Shown: one piece after another, positions 1 through 54,619 of the stretch
Position numbering within the stretch: position 1 is the first letter of the stretch
Layout: each line of letters begins with the position of its first letter
Assembly: GCA_964016885.1 (NCBI GenBank)
Contig: OZ024746.1
Span: forward strand, 24,924,001 to 24,988,000
Length of the DNA stretch: 64,000 nt
Source: Eledone cirrhosa
Taxonomy: Eukaryota
Direction of reading: 5' to 3'
Made by a program: the position numbers and the translations under genes
Notes under the pieces: model-generated
Told to the model about the DNA's origin: nothing
Seen by the model: only the letters and a program-made list of their open reading frames with translations
The model's database searches: none

Positions 1-126
1 ATTTCTTTCATATTTTCACTGTTGTTGTTTCTTGTTATTGCTCCCCCCCCCCCTCTACTACTCCTATACTAGTTGCTGATCGGTTCTATAATAATCATAT
101 TATTTATTGTTAAATTTCAACTACAG

Positions 127-39612
<39,486 letters not shown>

Positions 39613-39974
39613 AGAGTTATATATACATTCTGATACCAGTAATATATTGGTATATATATTATACCAACCAGATTCTGATACCAGTAATATACTGGTAGAT
39701 TATACCAACCAGATCATTTCACTGTTCCTTACACCTCATACTCATTTCCCTGTCAACCAGTGCTTGCATACCATACCATATATCACATAACATACCATAC
39801 CATACTCCACCATAACATACCATACCTTACAACACCATAACATACCATTCTATACCACACCATACCATTCTATACTACACCATACCACCTAATGTTGACT
39901 CATCGTTATTCATACATCACAAAACTTTTTCAGTCAAACATACAAATCCATTCATTTTCAGGTATTTACTCCTC

Positions 39975-40800
39975 ACAAAATCATCGTTTCATAACACATT
40001 AACCTCTCATCTCTGTATAGTTTGTCTGTAACACATTATTTCTGTGTGTCCCTTCCCCGTTGGTTACATACAGAATCATCATTTTCACAATACATTCCTC
40101 TTCTCTGTATAGTTTGTTTGTGACACACCACTTCTTTTCTTTCTAGTACCACCCTCATTATTTATACACCATCCCTCTTTCTGTTTGTCCTCCTCATTGG
40201 TTCCATACAGAATCATCATTTCATGACACATTGCTCCTCTTCTCTATATTGTCCATTTATGACATACCATCTTAACTCCTTTTGTCCCCACCATTGTCTC
40301 CTCTTAGAAACACCATTTCATAACGTACTAACCCCTCATCTCAGTATAATCCACTGGTTTCACACCACCCCTCCTTCTTGTGTCTCCTCCCATTGGTTAC
40401 ATACATATTCATCATTTCATGACATACTAGTCCCTCCTTCCTGTATAGACCATTTGTTACACAATACCTCTCCTCCTTCTGTCCCCCGCCTCTATTGGTT
40501 CTTCACCATCCCTACTCCTTGTGTCTTTCCTCCCATTGGTTACATACAGAATCATTATTTCACGACACATTAACCCCACCTCTCTGTATAGTCCACATGT
40601 TACACATCCCCTGTACTCCTCATTCTGTGTCCTCTTCCCCTTTGTCCTCCCCACATATTGGTTACATACAAAAATCATCATTTCTTGACATTAACCCCTC
40701 CTCTCTGTATAGTCCATATGTTATACATGACCTCTTCTGTTCCCACACATCATCTCTTCCCCTCTGTATGTCTGCTCTCTATTGGTTAAATACACAACTA
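39975..40800 (+). repeat. Degenerate repeat array in the putative INTS2 3' UTR
   Basis: Core ttggttacatacagaatcatcatttcatgacacattaacccctcctctctgtatag at ~40060, 40197, 40393, 40536, 40658, plus partial copies. Confidence 0.75.
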
Positions 40801-40870
40801 TTTTATCTCCTGTCCATTCACTAATGACTTCTTAACAAATTATTTTTAATTTGCTCATTGATTATTTGGA

Positions 40871-40880
40871 AATAAATAAA
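40871..40880 (+). promoter_or_regulatory. Candidate INTS2 polyadenylation signal (overlapping AATAAA hexamers) with downstream GT-rich tract
   Basis: aataaataaa about 1.26 kb after the stop, followed at ~40910 by a TG/TTG-rich sequence. Confidence 0.5.
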
Positions 40881-42280
40881 TATATATATAAGGATGGTCA
40901 AGTGAGGTGGATTTGTTATTGTTGTTATTGGTGTTGCTGTTGGTGTTATTGATGCTGTTGATGTTATTGATATTGCTGTTGTTGTTACTGTTGTTGTTAT
41001 TGCTGTTACTGTTGTTGTTGGACATCTAGAAGACATGGATCACAAGATGCCCAGCACCCTACAATATCCAGACCTCATAAGATGTCCAACTCCCTAAAAT
41101 ATCCAGGGATCACTAGATGTCCAGCTCCCTACAAAATACAGGCTTCACAAGATGTCCAAACCTCTACAGTATCCAGGGACTACTAGATGTTCAGTCCTTT
41201 ACAATATCCAGGCCTCACAAGATGTCCAAACCTCTAAAATATTTGGGAACCACTAGATGTCCACCCCACTACAATATAGAAGGGTCAGTAAATTTAGACT
41301 GTAGCAGGCTACATGTAGAAACTGTGTACTTTGTATCTCTAAGTGATCTTTCAGTTTAGCTGTGTCCGTGTGTTATTGGATGATGTTGACATAGTGTTGT
41401 TGCTACGTGAATCCCAGTTTTTACAAGAGGTACAGCATATCCCTGCATGTTGTATGAGGTCAGGAAGAGGATCCAGCTGTAAAACACTGTCTCAAAACAT
41501 TCCATTCAGCCCATGCTGGTGTGGAAAAATGGACATAAAAACAATAATGTATTAATAGCGATGTCAGCTACGTAAATAGGTCAATGGTTGTATCATTGAT
41601 AATGGTGATGTTAACCATATAAATGTGTCAGTGGTGACATCAACTCTATTTAGAAGCAGCTTACATTTTTAACCCTTTTCATTCACCTCAGACACCTCTC
41701 ACTCAGCTTCCCACCCTCACTTCAACATTTACTTCCTTACTCATAGATGAAAGGCAAAAACCTTAAACATTAGTTGCTAGTTTGTGATCTAAACAACAAC
41801 TATTACCAGATGTACATATGGGTTAAATGGGCTTCAACCCAAGGTCTCATAGCCCAGGGGTCTCAGTCCTGTATTGAATATATACTAAAATATACAGATA
41901 GTGTTTATAAAAATATAAAATAATAGTGCCATGATAAAACACACCCAGTCCACCCTGTAAAGCGGTATTGTTGGTGCCATGAAACAAAATTCGCCATGTA
42001 CACCCTGTAGGATGAATGGTGTTAGGATGGGCATCCATCTGTAGTTACTGTGCCAAAACGAATTGAGAGGACTCTTCAGTTGTTTCAAGGATATAACAAC
42101 TTCTCTGGTGCTGGTGACACGATAAAACACACCAGTACACTCTGTAAAGTGGTTGGTGATTGGAAGAGCATCTAACTATAGAAAACTTGCCAAACAATGA
42201 TTGCAAAAACTCATCAGTTGTGTCAAAGACATGACAATCTCATAGTGTTGGTGTTACAATAAAATGCACCCAGCACATGG

Positions 42281-42335
<55 letters not shown>

Positions 42336-43739
42336 GTGGAAGGAAGCTGCAGTGGAGGTCCACCAAGAAAGACCTAGGCAGAGGTTGTGAGAGCTGACCT
42401 CAAACCACTGAGACTCCCAGAAGAGATGGCAAAGGAACACAATGAGTGGAGAGATGCTGTGCTGAGGACCTGTCCAACTCATCCAAGCGTCATAAAACAT
42501 GTAAAAATGATGATGATGATGTATATATATATGTATGTGAATTTTGTATATCTAAAGATATACGGTGTGTTAAAAACGATGATGATTATGTATATATACA
42601 TCATCATCATCATCGTTTTAACATACCGTATATCTACAGATATATGAAATTCACATACATATATGTATACAGCTATGTTGAAGCTAAATTTTATATATAT
42701 ATATAAGCGACTGTCTATCTCTTGCTTATCAGAGGAAAACACCTTAAATGATAACACTAATGACAATGTTAATGATGATGATGATGGTAGTTGTATGATA
42801 GGTTAGCTGAAATATACAAGCCAGACAATTCCTTTTATTGTTAAATATTGTTTCAGTTGTTTGTCTTCAGTTAAATATAGCTTCTGTCATCATCATCATG
42901 ATCACCTTCATCAAAACCACTAAGATCATCACTACCACACGAGCACCATCATTACGACACCACCACCATCACTACCACACCAACACCACCATCATTACTA
43001 CAACCATCACCATCACAACCACTAGACAAAGTGTAAATAGAGACAATATTCTGTAACTAGGATGAAACATTTAGTGAATGAGCAGTTTGTCTTGTTCATT
43101 CTTGTTGAGGATATGACAACCTTTCTAGTGTCGGTGCCTCAACAAAATGCACCTACCAGTACATTGTAAAATGGTTGGTGTTAGGAAGAGCATCCAACTG
43201 TAGAAATCATGGTAAAAATGCAACATGAATGATACATGGAGGGAAGTAAGTTTGAATATGAACTGACTCAGACTGATAATCTGTCCAACCCATGCTAGCA
43301 TGAAAAGTGATGATAATGAGGTTGTTTCTTGAGAAATATTATTATTAAAAGAAATAAAAGATCCATTGGAAAAATACCATCTGCAAATTTCTGTCCAAGA
43401 TTGTTGGGTGAAGAAGTGGAAGGAAGTCATTGAAGAGGAAGACCTGGGCAGTAATGGTGAAAGCTGATCTTGAGACTGAACCTTACAGAGGAGATGATAA
43501 AGGAAAGAAACAAGTAGGGAGATACTGTTCTGGAGAGGACTGGTCTAATACATGCAAGAAATGCGTTAAAACAATGGTGGTGTGATGATTATGATGATAT
43601 GATGATTTTGGAAATGAGGGTTTTTTTTCTCTTTAATGTCAATATGACTTGATAGAAAACAAATAAACAAACAACTGTATAATGTTAGTCAACAGATATT
43701 GGTTAGTCTGTCAATGTAGCAGAGATATCAATAATAATA

Positions 43740-44360
43740 ATTGTTTCTACTTTTGGCACAAGGCCAGCAATTATCCCAGTGTATTACTGGTACTTTATTT
43801 TATCGACCCCGTAAGGATTAAAGGCAAAGTTAACCTTGGCGGGATTTGAACTCAGACCAATAATAATAATAATGGTTTCTTATATAGGCACAAGGCCAAC
43901 AATTTGGGAGGAGTGGAAAGTTGATTAAATCGATCCCAGTGTGTTACTGGTACTTTACTTTATTGACTCCTGTAAAGATAAAAGGAAAAAAGCTAACCTC
44001 AGCGGGATTTGAACTCAGAATGTGAAGAGACATAACTATATGCCACAAAGTATGTTGTCTGGCACTCTACCGATATTGCCAATCCACCAGTAATCATCAA
44101 ATTTACTGTGCAAACCAAGAACACCAATAATAATAATTATTATTATTTCTACTTTAGGCACAAGGCAAGCAATTTGAAGGGGAGGAGAATGTCGTTTAAA
44201 TCGACCCCAGTGCATAACTAGTGCTTTATTTTATCGACCCTATAAGGATGAAAGGCAAAACTAACCTCGGCGGGATTTGAACTCAGAACGTAAAGGGCCA
44301 TAACTCTATGCTGCAAAGCATGATGTCCGACACTCTACCGATATTGCCAATTCACCAATA
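43740..44360 (-). mobile_element. Cluster of three SINE family A copies separated by (AAT)n
   Basis: Repeated tttctac...ggcacaaggc...gggatttgaactcaga. Confidence 0.8.
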
Positions 44361-45157
44361 ATAATAATGGTAATAATAATGTTCAGCATGAATATTTCTG
44401 GAACGTAAACATAGAAAGCAGAAATGGCTGAAATGGACTTGACCAAATTAATTCTGTTAATTCCATCAAATCTTACCAATGTTTGGCACTGTGACAATCA
44501 TATGTGTTATGGCTACTGTTGTGGTTGTGGTGGTTGTAGTGGTGGTAGTGATAGTGGTGGTGGTAGTAGTAGTAGCAGTAGTAGTAGTAGTAATAGTAGT
44601 CGTACATTAGCCTATGATATATTATTTTGCTGTCTAATTTGTTATTCTTAAGCTGCTTGGCACTATTTCCATTGCAAGCTGGGCACAAGACAAGACAAGA
44701 AACATTAACATTTAAAACAACACAAACAGTGTTGCTATAAAAATCATAACATTTGTTACCATCTCATCTGACCAATATATGGTGCCAATAAATAGTTTGT
44801 AATATATCTGATTTATATGATAATCACTGATTGGCAGCAAAAACAAACAACATTAAAAACAATCGCAAACTAGGACATGAGAATGTCATGGGTACTGTTA
44901 TTGATAGTTACAGAGAAGCACACTGTAAGATATAAGTGACAACAACCATCTTTCTCTCTATACAATATTTGGTTCCATAACAAAGACATACTCTAGATTC
45001 TGAGTTTGACATGAGCTGTGACACAGAGCAACACTGTTAAATATATTGATAATAGAACTATCTTTATATCCAATATTTGGTCCCATAATAAAGACAACAT
45101 ACATATGGCATTTATCTGTGTCCTAGAGCAGAAAATTAGATTCCCATTTGATACATA

Positions 45158-45593
45158 CTCTCGGGTCTCAAATAATAGGGGTAGGGGAGTTGCAATAAGC
45201 AGGGCGCACCCTAATTTTGATAACCAAAAATTTGAAAAAAAATAATAAACAACCTTCGGTCTCCAGGACGCATGGTAGATTTTTTAGACTTATTTTAGGA
45301 ATGAAATAGTGTCTTCAACATCGGGAAATACGGTAGTAATTTTTCTAGGTTGCCTCTGCTGACTTTTTTAAAAACCAGAATTAGACTAGTTTATATACTG
45401 AAACCCTAACCCATCCTATTTATTTATTTTATAACGGGATTTCTAGTAATGTACTTTTTTTGTCACATATAATGTTTTTTAATGTATAAAGAAAATTAAT
45501 TGTCACAAGAATGCTACCACTTAAAATAAAATTTTGCAAAGATAGATTAACAAAATCTAATAAGCAGGTGAACGATTATTCGAGACACAAGAG
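45158..45593. mobile_element. MITE with ~19-bp TIRs and TA target duplication (Tc1/mariner-like)
   Basis: ta|ctctcgggtctcaaataat ... attattcgagacacaagag|ta. Confidence 0.75.
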
Positions 45594-45638
45594 TATATGG
45601 AAGTTCTGTTTCTTTTATTGAAATTATCTTGAAATTTT

Positions 45639-45682
<44 letters not shown>

Positions 45683-46132
45683 TTACCAACATCATCATCA
45701 TTATCCTCATCATCTTAACAATCATAATCGTCATCACCACCACCATCATCATCATCATCATACCATCACATATATCTAAATATACATGTCAAACATGAAA
45801 CTGAAACAACCAACCAGCATTGTGTGTTATATATAAGAGAAACAGGGGAAACATTAAAGAATTGGGAGATTGTAACATTTTAAGCTCACATTTATTTATA
45901 ACTTTGTTTATGGCCAAATATTCCTGATGAATACATTAATGTTGTTCTTTTAAATTCCCAGAAAACTAACAGCTAAGTGAGATTTCATCAGAACATGGGA
46001 TTATTTCTTTTATGTTATATTTTATTTATCAAGGAGAAACATTTCTGATGGTGAAGGTGGTGGCTGTGTGTAACTTGGTGTGGAACAACCATCTTAAGGC
46101 ATACATCAGCAGGTTAAATGGTGATAATGATG

Positions 46133-46166
<34 letters not shown>

Positions 46167-46245
46167 ATATGTATATGATCATCATCATCATCATATATAT
46201 GTATATGTATACATGTATGTATATATATCATCGTCATGATCATCA

Positions 46246-46276
<31 letters not shown>

Positions 46277-46324
46277 ATGTATGTGTATATATATATATAT
46301 ATATAAATATATATATACACATAC

Positions 46325-46356
<32 letters not shown>

Positions 46357-46489
46357 GAGGATCATGACGATGATATATATACATACATGTATATATATAT
46401 ATGTACATACATGTATATATATATATATATATATGTATATGTATATGTATATATGTTTATATGTAAGTTTGCATATAAGTTTATGATGG

Positions 46490-48303
46490 TGTGTGTGCTG
46501 TTGTTGGTCTGTGTGTGTTAGTTGTTGGTCTGTGTGTGTTGTTGTTGGTCTGTGGGTGTTGTTGTTGGTCTGTGTGTGTTGTTGTTGGTCTGTGGGTGTT
46601 GTTGTTGGTCTGTGTGTGTTGTTGTTGGTCTGTGTGTGTTGTTGTTGGTCTGTGTGTGTTGTTGTTGGTCTGTGTGTGCTGTTGTTGGTCTGTGGGTGTT
46701 GTTGTTGGTCTGTGTGTGTTGTTGGTCTGTGTGTGTTAGTTGTTGGTCTGTGTGTGCTGTTGTTGGTCTGTGTGTGCTGTTGTTGGTCTGTGGGTGTTGT
46801 TGTTGGTCTGTGTGTGTTGTTGTTGGTCTGTGTGTGCTGTTGTTGGTCTGTGTGTGTTGTTGTTGGTCTGTGTGTGTTAGTTGTTGGTCTGTGTGTGTTG
46901 TTGTTGGTCTGTGGGTGTTGTTGTTGGTCTGTGTGTGCTGTTGTTGGTCTGTGTGTGTTGTTGTTGGTCTGTGTGTGTTAGTTGTTGGTCTGTGTGTGTT
47001 GTTGTTGGTCTGTGGGTGTTGTTGTTGGTCTGTGTGTGCTGTTGTTGGTCTGTGTGTGTTAGTTGTTGGTCTGTGGGTGTTGTTGTTGGTCTGTGTGTGT
47101 TGTTGTTGGTCTGTGTGTTGTTGTTGGTCTGTGTGTGTTGTTGTTGGTCTGTGTGTGCTGTTGTTGGTCTGTGGGTGTTGTTGTTGGTCTGTGTGTGTTA
47201 GTTGTTGGTCTGTGTGTGTTGTTGTTGGTCTGTGGGTGTTGTTGTTGGTCTGTGTGTGCTGTTGTTGGTCTGTGTGTGTTGTTGTTGGTCTGTGTGTGTT
47301 GTTGTTGGTCTGTGGGTGTTGTTGTTGGTCTGTGTGTGCTGTTGTTGGTCTGTGTGTGTTGTTGTTGGTCTGTGTGTGTTGTTGTTGGTCTGTGTGTGTT
47401 GTTGTTGGTCTGTGGGTGTTGTTGTTGGTCTGTGTGTGCTGTTGTTGGTCTGTGTGTGTTATTGTTGGTCTGTGTGTGTTAGTTGTTGGTCTGTGGGTGT
47501 TGTTGTTGGTCTGTGGGTGTTGTTGTTGGTCTGTGTGTGTTGTTGTTGGTCTGTGTGTGTTGTTGTTGGTCTGTGGGTGTTGTTGTTGGTCTGTGTGTGC
47601 TGTTGTTGGTCTGTGTGTGTTGTTGTTGGTCTGTGTGTGTTAGTTGTTGGTCTGTGTGTGTTGTTGTTGGTCTGTGTGTGTTGTTGTTGGTCTGTGTGTG
47701 TTGTTGGTGTATGTGTGTGTTGTTGGTCTGTGTGTGCTGTTGTTGGTCTGTGTGTGCTGTTGTTGGTCTGTGTGTGCTGTTGTTGGTCTGTGGGTGTTGT
47801 TGTTGGTCTGTGTGTGCTGTTGTTGGTCTGTGTGTGTTGTTGTTGGTCTGTGTGTGTTAGTTGTTGGTCTGTGTGTGTTGTTGTTGGTCTGTGTGTGTTG
47901 TTCTTGGTCTGTGTGTGTTGTTGTTGGTCTGTGTGTGTTAGTTGTTGGTCTGTGGGTGTTGTTGTTGGTCTGTGTGTGTTGTTGTTGGTCTGTGTGTGTT
48001 AGTTGTTGGTCTGTGGGTGTTGTTGTTGGTCTGTGTGTGTTAGTTGTTGGTCTGTGTGTGTTGTTGTTGGTCTGTGTGTGTTGTTGGTCTGTGTGTGTTA
48101 GTTGTTGGTCTGTGTGTGTTGTTGTTGGTCTGTGTGTGTTGTTGTTGGTCTGTGTGTGTTAGTTGTTGGTCTGTGTGTGTTGTTGTTGGTCTGTGTGTGT
48201 TGTTGGTCTGTGTGTGTTAGTTGTTGGTCTGTGGGTGTTGTTGGTCTGTGTGTGTTGTTGTTGGTCTGTGTGTGCTGTTGTTGGTCTGTGTGTGTTGTTG
48301 TTG
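46490..48303. repeat. ~20-nt GT-rich minisatellite, roughly 90 copies
   Basis: Unit gttgttggtctgtgtgtgtt with variants of 17-21 nt. Confidence 0.95.
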
Positions 48304-48618
48304 TATATATATATATATACCCGTCTAACCATGCTGGCGTGGAAGTACAGATGTAAAACGGTGATGATGATATATATATATATGTATCATAATCATCATC
48401 ATCATCATCATATATATATATATATATACACATATATATATACATACACACACACACACACACATATTTTTGTGCGTGTGTTAGTTTCTTAATGTGTGTT
48501 AGTATCTTAATGATACTGGCTTAATTAAAGTATTGAGTGAGTATGGAAACAATTGAAAAATCTTTGGTCCTATCCAATGACTTTGTTTCAGTACCGTTAT
48601 TATTATTATTATTATAAA

Positions 48619-48805
48619 GGAGGTGGATTGGCAGTATCGGTAGAGGGTCGGGCGCCATGCTTTGACGCAAAGAGTTACAGCCCTTGCCATTCTGAGTTCA
48701 AATCCCACCAAGGTTAACTTTGCCTTTCATCCTTACGGGGTCGATAAAATAAAGTACCAGTAATGCACTGGGTATTTGCTGGCCTTGTACCAAAAGTAGA
48801 AACAG
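48619..48805 (+). mobile_element. tRNA-derived SINE (family A)
   Basis: Same A/B boxes and body; (TTA)n on both sides. Confidence 0.85.
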
Positions 48806-48828
48806 TTATTATTATTATTATTATTATT

Positions 48829-49661
48829 GTTCTTTGAGTCTCAGTCATTGATGTTAGTTAACTGGAAAGTTTGTTGAAATGAATATCAAGCCACTACCTG
48901 CAGCCTCAGATATTCAGGACGTGTCGGAGGGTTCTTGCTGTTCCCAGCAAGCATGCCTTTTGAAGCGTTCCAAAAAGTGTGGCGGAGCCAATTTTCTTTT
49001 GAGATAGTCCCTAGTGCGCCTATGACAATCGGGACCACTTTGACTTCATGGCAGTTCCAAATCCTTTTTACCTCCCACTTTAAGTCCTGGTATCGGTTAA
49101 TTTTCTCCCTCTCCTTCTCTTGCACTCTCGTGTCGAATGGGCAGGCCACATCCACAATCAGGCACAATCTTTTTTCTTTGTCCAAAACCACCAGGTCAGG
49201 TCTATTGTGTTCCAGTTTCTTGTCCGTCTGTATCCTAAAATCCCACAGCACCTTCACCTGCTCGTTTTCTATCACCGACTCTGACTTATGCTCATACCAC
49301 TTCTCAGAATGTGGTAAATTGTTTACTTTGCATAGGTGCCAATGGATCACCCTGCCTATCACATCATGTCTCCAGTCCTTATAGTGAGTCTGGTCTAGGT
49401 GTTTACACTCGGATACAATGTGAGCCACAGTCTCCGCTCTCTCTCCGCAGATCCTGCACAGTGGGCTAGCCTCCTCCTTGTAAATATGGTGTTTCAACCA
49501 CTTCGTTTTGAGGGCCTGCTCCTGCGCAGCTATTAACATTCCTTCTGTAGCCTTTTTAAGGTCTCCTCTTTTCAACCAGTTCCATGTCTGTGGATCTCTA
49601 AATTCAGTTTTCTCAAAGAAGGTACTATGAAGGGATTTTTCCTGAAGGCGGCTCTTTCTCC
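48829..49661 (-). mobile_element. 5'-truncated R4/Dong-type non-LTR retrotransposon (zinc knuckle plus restriction-like endonuclease) in (TAA)n
   Basis: CRICGERAETVAHIVSEC knuckle; KVLWDFRIQTD...NRPDLVV...IVDVACPFD...EKINRYQDL endonuclease motif; frameshift near 48990 with the true end LQKACLLGTARTLRHVLNI* (stop 48906); (TTA)n on both flanks. Confidence 0.9.
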
Positions 49662-50389
<728 letters not shown>

Positions 50390-50409
50390 ATATATATACA
50401 TATACATAC

Positions 50410-50449
<40 letters not shown>

Positions 50450-51851
50450 TTTAAAGAAATAAGACATATATATATTTGAAAAATGTATTTATTCAATTCA
50501 CAAAGTCTCTCAATGTCATGAAAGGCCATTAATATTTTATAAACATAACTGAGAAGTATCTAATAAAAACAAAACACACTGTTAAAGGGAACAGAAAAGG
50601 AAGAAGAAAAAAAAGAAAGATAATGAAAAGGAGAAAAAGAAAGAAGAATTAAGCAACAAAAGAAAGGGAGAGGGGAAGGAAGAGTGGGATGGACAAACAC
50701 TACACACCTGATGGAATTAATGAAATAAGTACCAGGTATATACTGGGGTCAATTCAATTGGCTATACATAACCTACTCTAACTCTTTGTTGCCTTGTGCC
50801 AATTATAATGATCAATATTTGCTTGATACTGACATAAACTGCTTTACTGTTCTATAATTTACTATTAGAAATCATAGATGTTTATTCTCTTTCACACATA
50901 TTTACATCCACTAAAAATACTGGTCTTATTTCAATCTTGGCAATATTCTTGTATTGTCAGACAATATATAAATGTATTCAACTATTTCTGTTTTGTTGCT
51001 ACAATAAACCAGTCTTGTTACTTACTGTTTGATAATATAATACTTATATTTTTAGAAGTTTGTCGTATTTTTTAATTATATATATATATAAATGATGAAT
51101 GATCATCATAATCATCACCATCGTTTAATGTCTATTTTCCACGCTATAATGGGTTAGCTGGGTTTGTCCCATTTGAGGCAAGTTGGGTCGAGTGACCATG
51201 TCTCGCTCATATAGGACTGTTTCTGGCTGGTTTGCTATGGCTGGATGCCCTTCCTAATGCCAACCACATTTACAATGTGTGCTGGGTGCTTTTTGTTGTG
51301 TCTACTACATGACCACTTTACAGTGTGGGTTGACTGCTTTTTCTCGTGACACCTACACAACCACTTTACTGGGCTGGATGATATATATATATAGGGCGGG
51401 TAAAATTCCCGAGATCCATGGCTGAGTTCTCTCCAGCGGTCTCTGTCCTTCAGCATCACCGCCATGTCCTGCATCTCCCAGAGACCAGCGTCTGTCCATA
51501 GGGCATCAAAATGAAATAGGTCTAGTGCTGTAGAAGCCTATTCTATACTAAACTTGAACCTATATACATATACATGCATTGTATTATAGTGCAAGTGGCT
51601 GAACATTCCATTGACATATATACCCTTAACGTAGTTCTCAGGAAGATTCAGTATGTCACACTGTATGACAAAATTGGCTTTTGTATTACAGATACTAATT
51701 TTTTCTAGCTGAGGGGACTGGAGTAATGTGAAATAGAGTGCCCTGCTCTAAGAGACAACATACTACAGGAAATTGAATTCAACCTTCAGATTGTGAGTTG
51801 AACACCCTAACCACTAAACCACATGTCTTAACAGAGAAAATAACAGCAGTG

Positions 51852-51918
<67 letters not shown>

Positions 51919-52480
51919 GAGCATCAGCAGTAGTAGTTGTATTTGTTGCAATTTTTGATGTAGTCATAGTAGTAGTTGTTGATATTTAAGTCCCTGGTCA
52001 TCCCTGATTAAGCTGACCTATGATCAAAAACAGTTACTGGTACTGGTACTTCATTTTATTGACATCCAAGAGGATGAAAAGCAAAATTGATCAGTGGGAT
52101 TTAAACTCAGAATGTAAAGGGTTGTAACAAAATGCCACAAAGCATTTTATCCAACACTCTAATGACTCTGCTAATCCATTACCCACCTATTATTATAGTT
52201 ATACAACTACATAATTGCTCATTCTATAGCATAATGAGGTGACATGTTTTGAAAAAGGAATTCATTTGGTGGGCAAGATTTGAACACAGAGTATAAAGAA
52301 TCATAACAAATACTGCAAAGCATTTTGTTTGATACTGTAACAACTTTGCCAAATGAAACAACAAAGAAAATGAAAACTATATTACTAAAATACTGAAGGA
52401 TGTTTCTCTGAGATCAATACATTATTTATATTGACTTCTTATTGAAATTTTTTTTTTTTTTTTTTTCCACTATAAATAAT

Positions 52481-52664
52481 TGTTTCTACTTTTGGCACAA
52501 GGCCAGCAATTATTCCAGTGCATTACTGGTACTTTATTTTATCGACCCCGTAAGGATGAAAGGCAAAGTTAACCCCGGCGGGATTTGAACTCGGATCATA
52601 AAGGGAGGTAACTCTATGCTTCAAAGCATGGCGTCCGACCCTTACCGATACTGCCAATCCACCG
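52481..52664 (-). mobile_element. Full-length tRNA-derived SINE (family A) with 11-nt TSD
   Basis: A box TGGCAGTATCGG, B box GAGTTCAAATCC, body ctttgcctttcatccttacggggtcgataaaataaagtacc; TSD CTATAAATAAT at 52470-52480 and 52665-52675. Confidence 0.88.
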
Positions 52665-53519
52665 CTATAAATAATGTATTGATCTCAGAGAGCAGAAATG
52701 AATACCACAAAGTATTCTATCAGATGTTCTAATGACTCTGTCAATTCGCCACCTGATGAGAGTAAGCAGGGTTTATTTTAAGGAAATTTTAGAACGCTAC
52801 AAATCTTTGAAGCAAGTATGACCCAGTGTTTGATATTCTCTGAGAAATATTTGTAATGACTATTTATGAATGTTTTAAGTCTTTTAACTATTATTTACAA
52901 TGTATATTTGACACAAAATGTAAACTTACTGCACGAAATTAAAGTTAGAAATACATAATCATGAGTCAACCACACATTAAAATAATAACTGAGACTGACC
53001 ACACTGGCTGAGACATGTAAGACACAAAGATTTAAGGTAAGGGTTCCTAATTGTGGCAGAATACCAGAAACTAATAAAAACATATCTTGAAATATCCAGT
53101 AACTATTTATATTAAAGTTCAAAATGCATTGATGATTGTCCCCCTTGCTTCTGCTGGACACCACCAGAGGGTGATAGCCCTGGTGTTTTGCATAGCTATG
53201 GCTTCCTAAATGTTTATCCATAAACATACTGTATTCCTTTAGAAATACGAAATTTCAATACATATCTGTATACAGCTATGCATGAAGCTAATTCCTAATT
53301 CTATTCTATTAATATATATATATAAGGGAAGGTGGGTGGTCTGTGTTTGGTTGCTGAATTTGGAGAGTGAGTACGGTTTGGTTTGGCAGGAGTCATAAAC
53401 ACAGGTGGTCATTCAGTTTAGGCTGTTTGTTGAGTGGTTGTGGACTGATTGGAGCAATAATGGTCTTATTTACATATATTTAAAGAAATGAGGGAAAATC
53501 ACATGCCACAACATGGGGC

Positions 53520-53955
53520 ACTAGAGTTTCCCACTTATATATTTTTAAGACAAACCAGCACATTTCCAACAACAACCCTGAGCACCTTTCTGAATTCTAT
53601 GCATCTACCATCCATGGACATGCTTACAAAATCAGAAAACAGTACAGCTCCCATGACATTCAGAAACATTTTTTCATGCTCAGAGGTGTTGAAGCATGGA
53701 ACAAACTACCTGCATCAGTTGTTAGCTATCGGGACACTGCATCCTTCAAAACTTCCATGCTTCCCGAAATTCGCCAACACTACACTTGATATTCCCCCTC
53801 CATACACATGCATGTGTCTGTGTGTATATCATGATTCATTTCATACACTGTTCACTTTCCTGACATTTCTATATTATTCTATGTACTATACATGCACCTT
53901 TGATGAGTTGTAGTGCACCTGAGCACTGTACACAGTAATTTTCATTTATTATCAT
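53520..53955 (+). mobile_element. CR1-group LINE 3' fragment
   Basis: HGHAYKIRKQ...KHFFMLRGVEAWNKLPASVV....ASFK is the typical CR1-group C-terminus. Confidence 0.75.
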
Positions 53956-54538
53956 TATTTGCGGCGTTACTGCAGGTGATTGCAAAGCTAAGGAGCTGGA
54001 ATAATCAATCACCATCACAGATAACACCAGATACAGTGGTAAAATATGTGCCAGTTGTGAGGAAACAATTAATACCTATTTGTATATATAACCATACATT
54101 ATTTTATGTATCTTATATTCAATTAAAACAAAAGGTTTCAATTTGAGAGAGATTTGCCTACTCTTTCTAGCAGAGCAAACAACTTAATAGAAGCTGTCTC
54201 GTTGCTCATGTAGGTTCATGTTGTGTGTGGATATGTGTGGGATTGAGTGTATCTGTGTGTATGTATGTATTTAGGCCTAATATATGTATATATCTATGTT
54301 TATGTATGTATGTATGAATGTTTGTGTGTGTATGTATGTATATATATGTGTGTGTGTGTATGTATGTGTGTATGTGTATGTGTATGATGTGTATGTGAAA
54401 TAGAGATTTTTTTAGTATTAGGAGATTAGTACTAAAGTCCTTAATTGGTGTGTTGCAAAAGGTAAATAGATACATACTGTTGAATATACATTAACACACA
54501 TACACATAACACATAACACATATATGTATATGTGTGTA

Positions 54539-54619
<81 letters not shown>

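Noticed and set aside
39975-40800. CRISPR-like repeat-spacer appearance
   Set aside because: Eukaryotic context, degenerate repeats, low-complexity spacers of irregular length, no cas genes.
46491-48492. Cys/Val-rich ORFs resembling metallothionein or membrane proteins
   Set aside because: Translations of a 20-nt GT minisatellite; the unit length is not a multiple of three and there is no gene structure.
48619-48715. tRNA genes
   Set aside because: A/B boxes belong to SINE heads; no cloverleaf and A-B spacing is too long.
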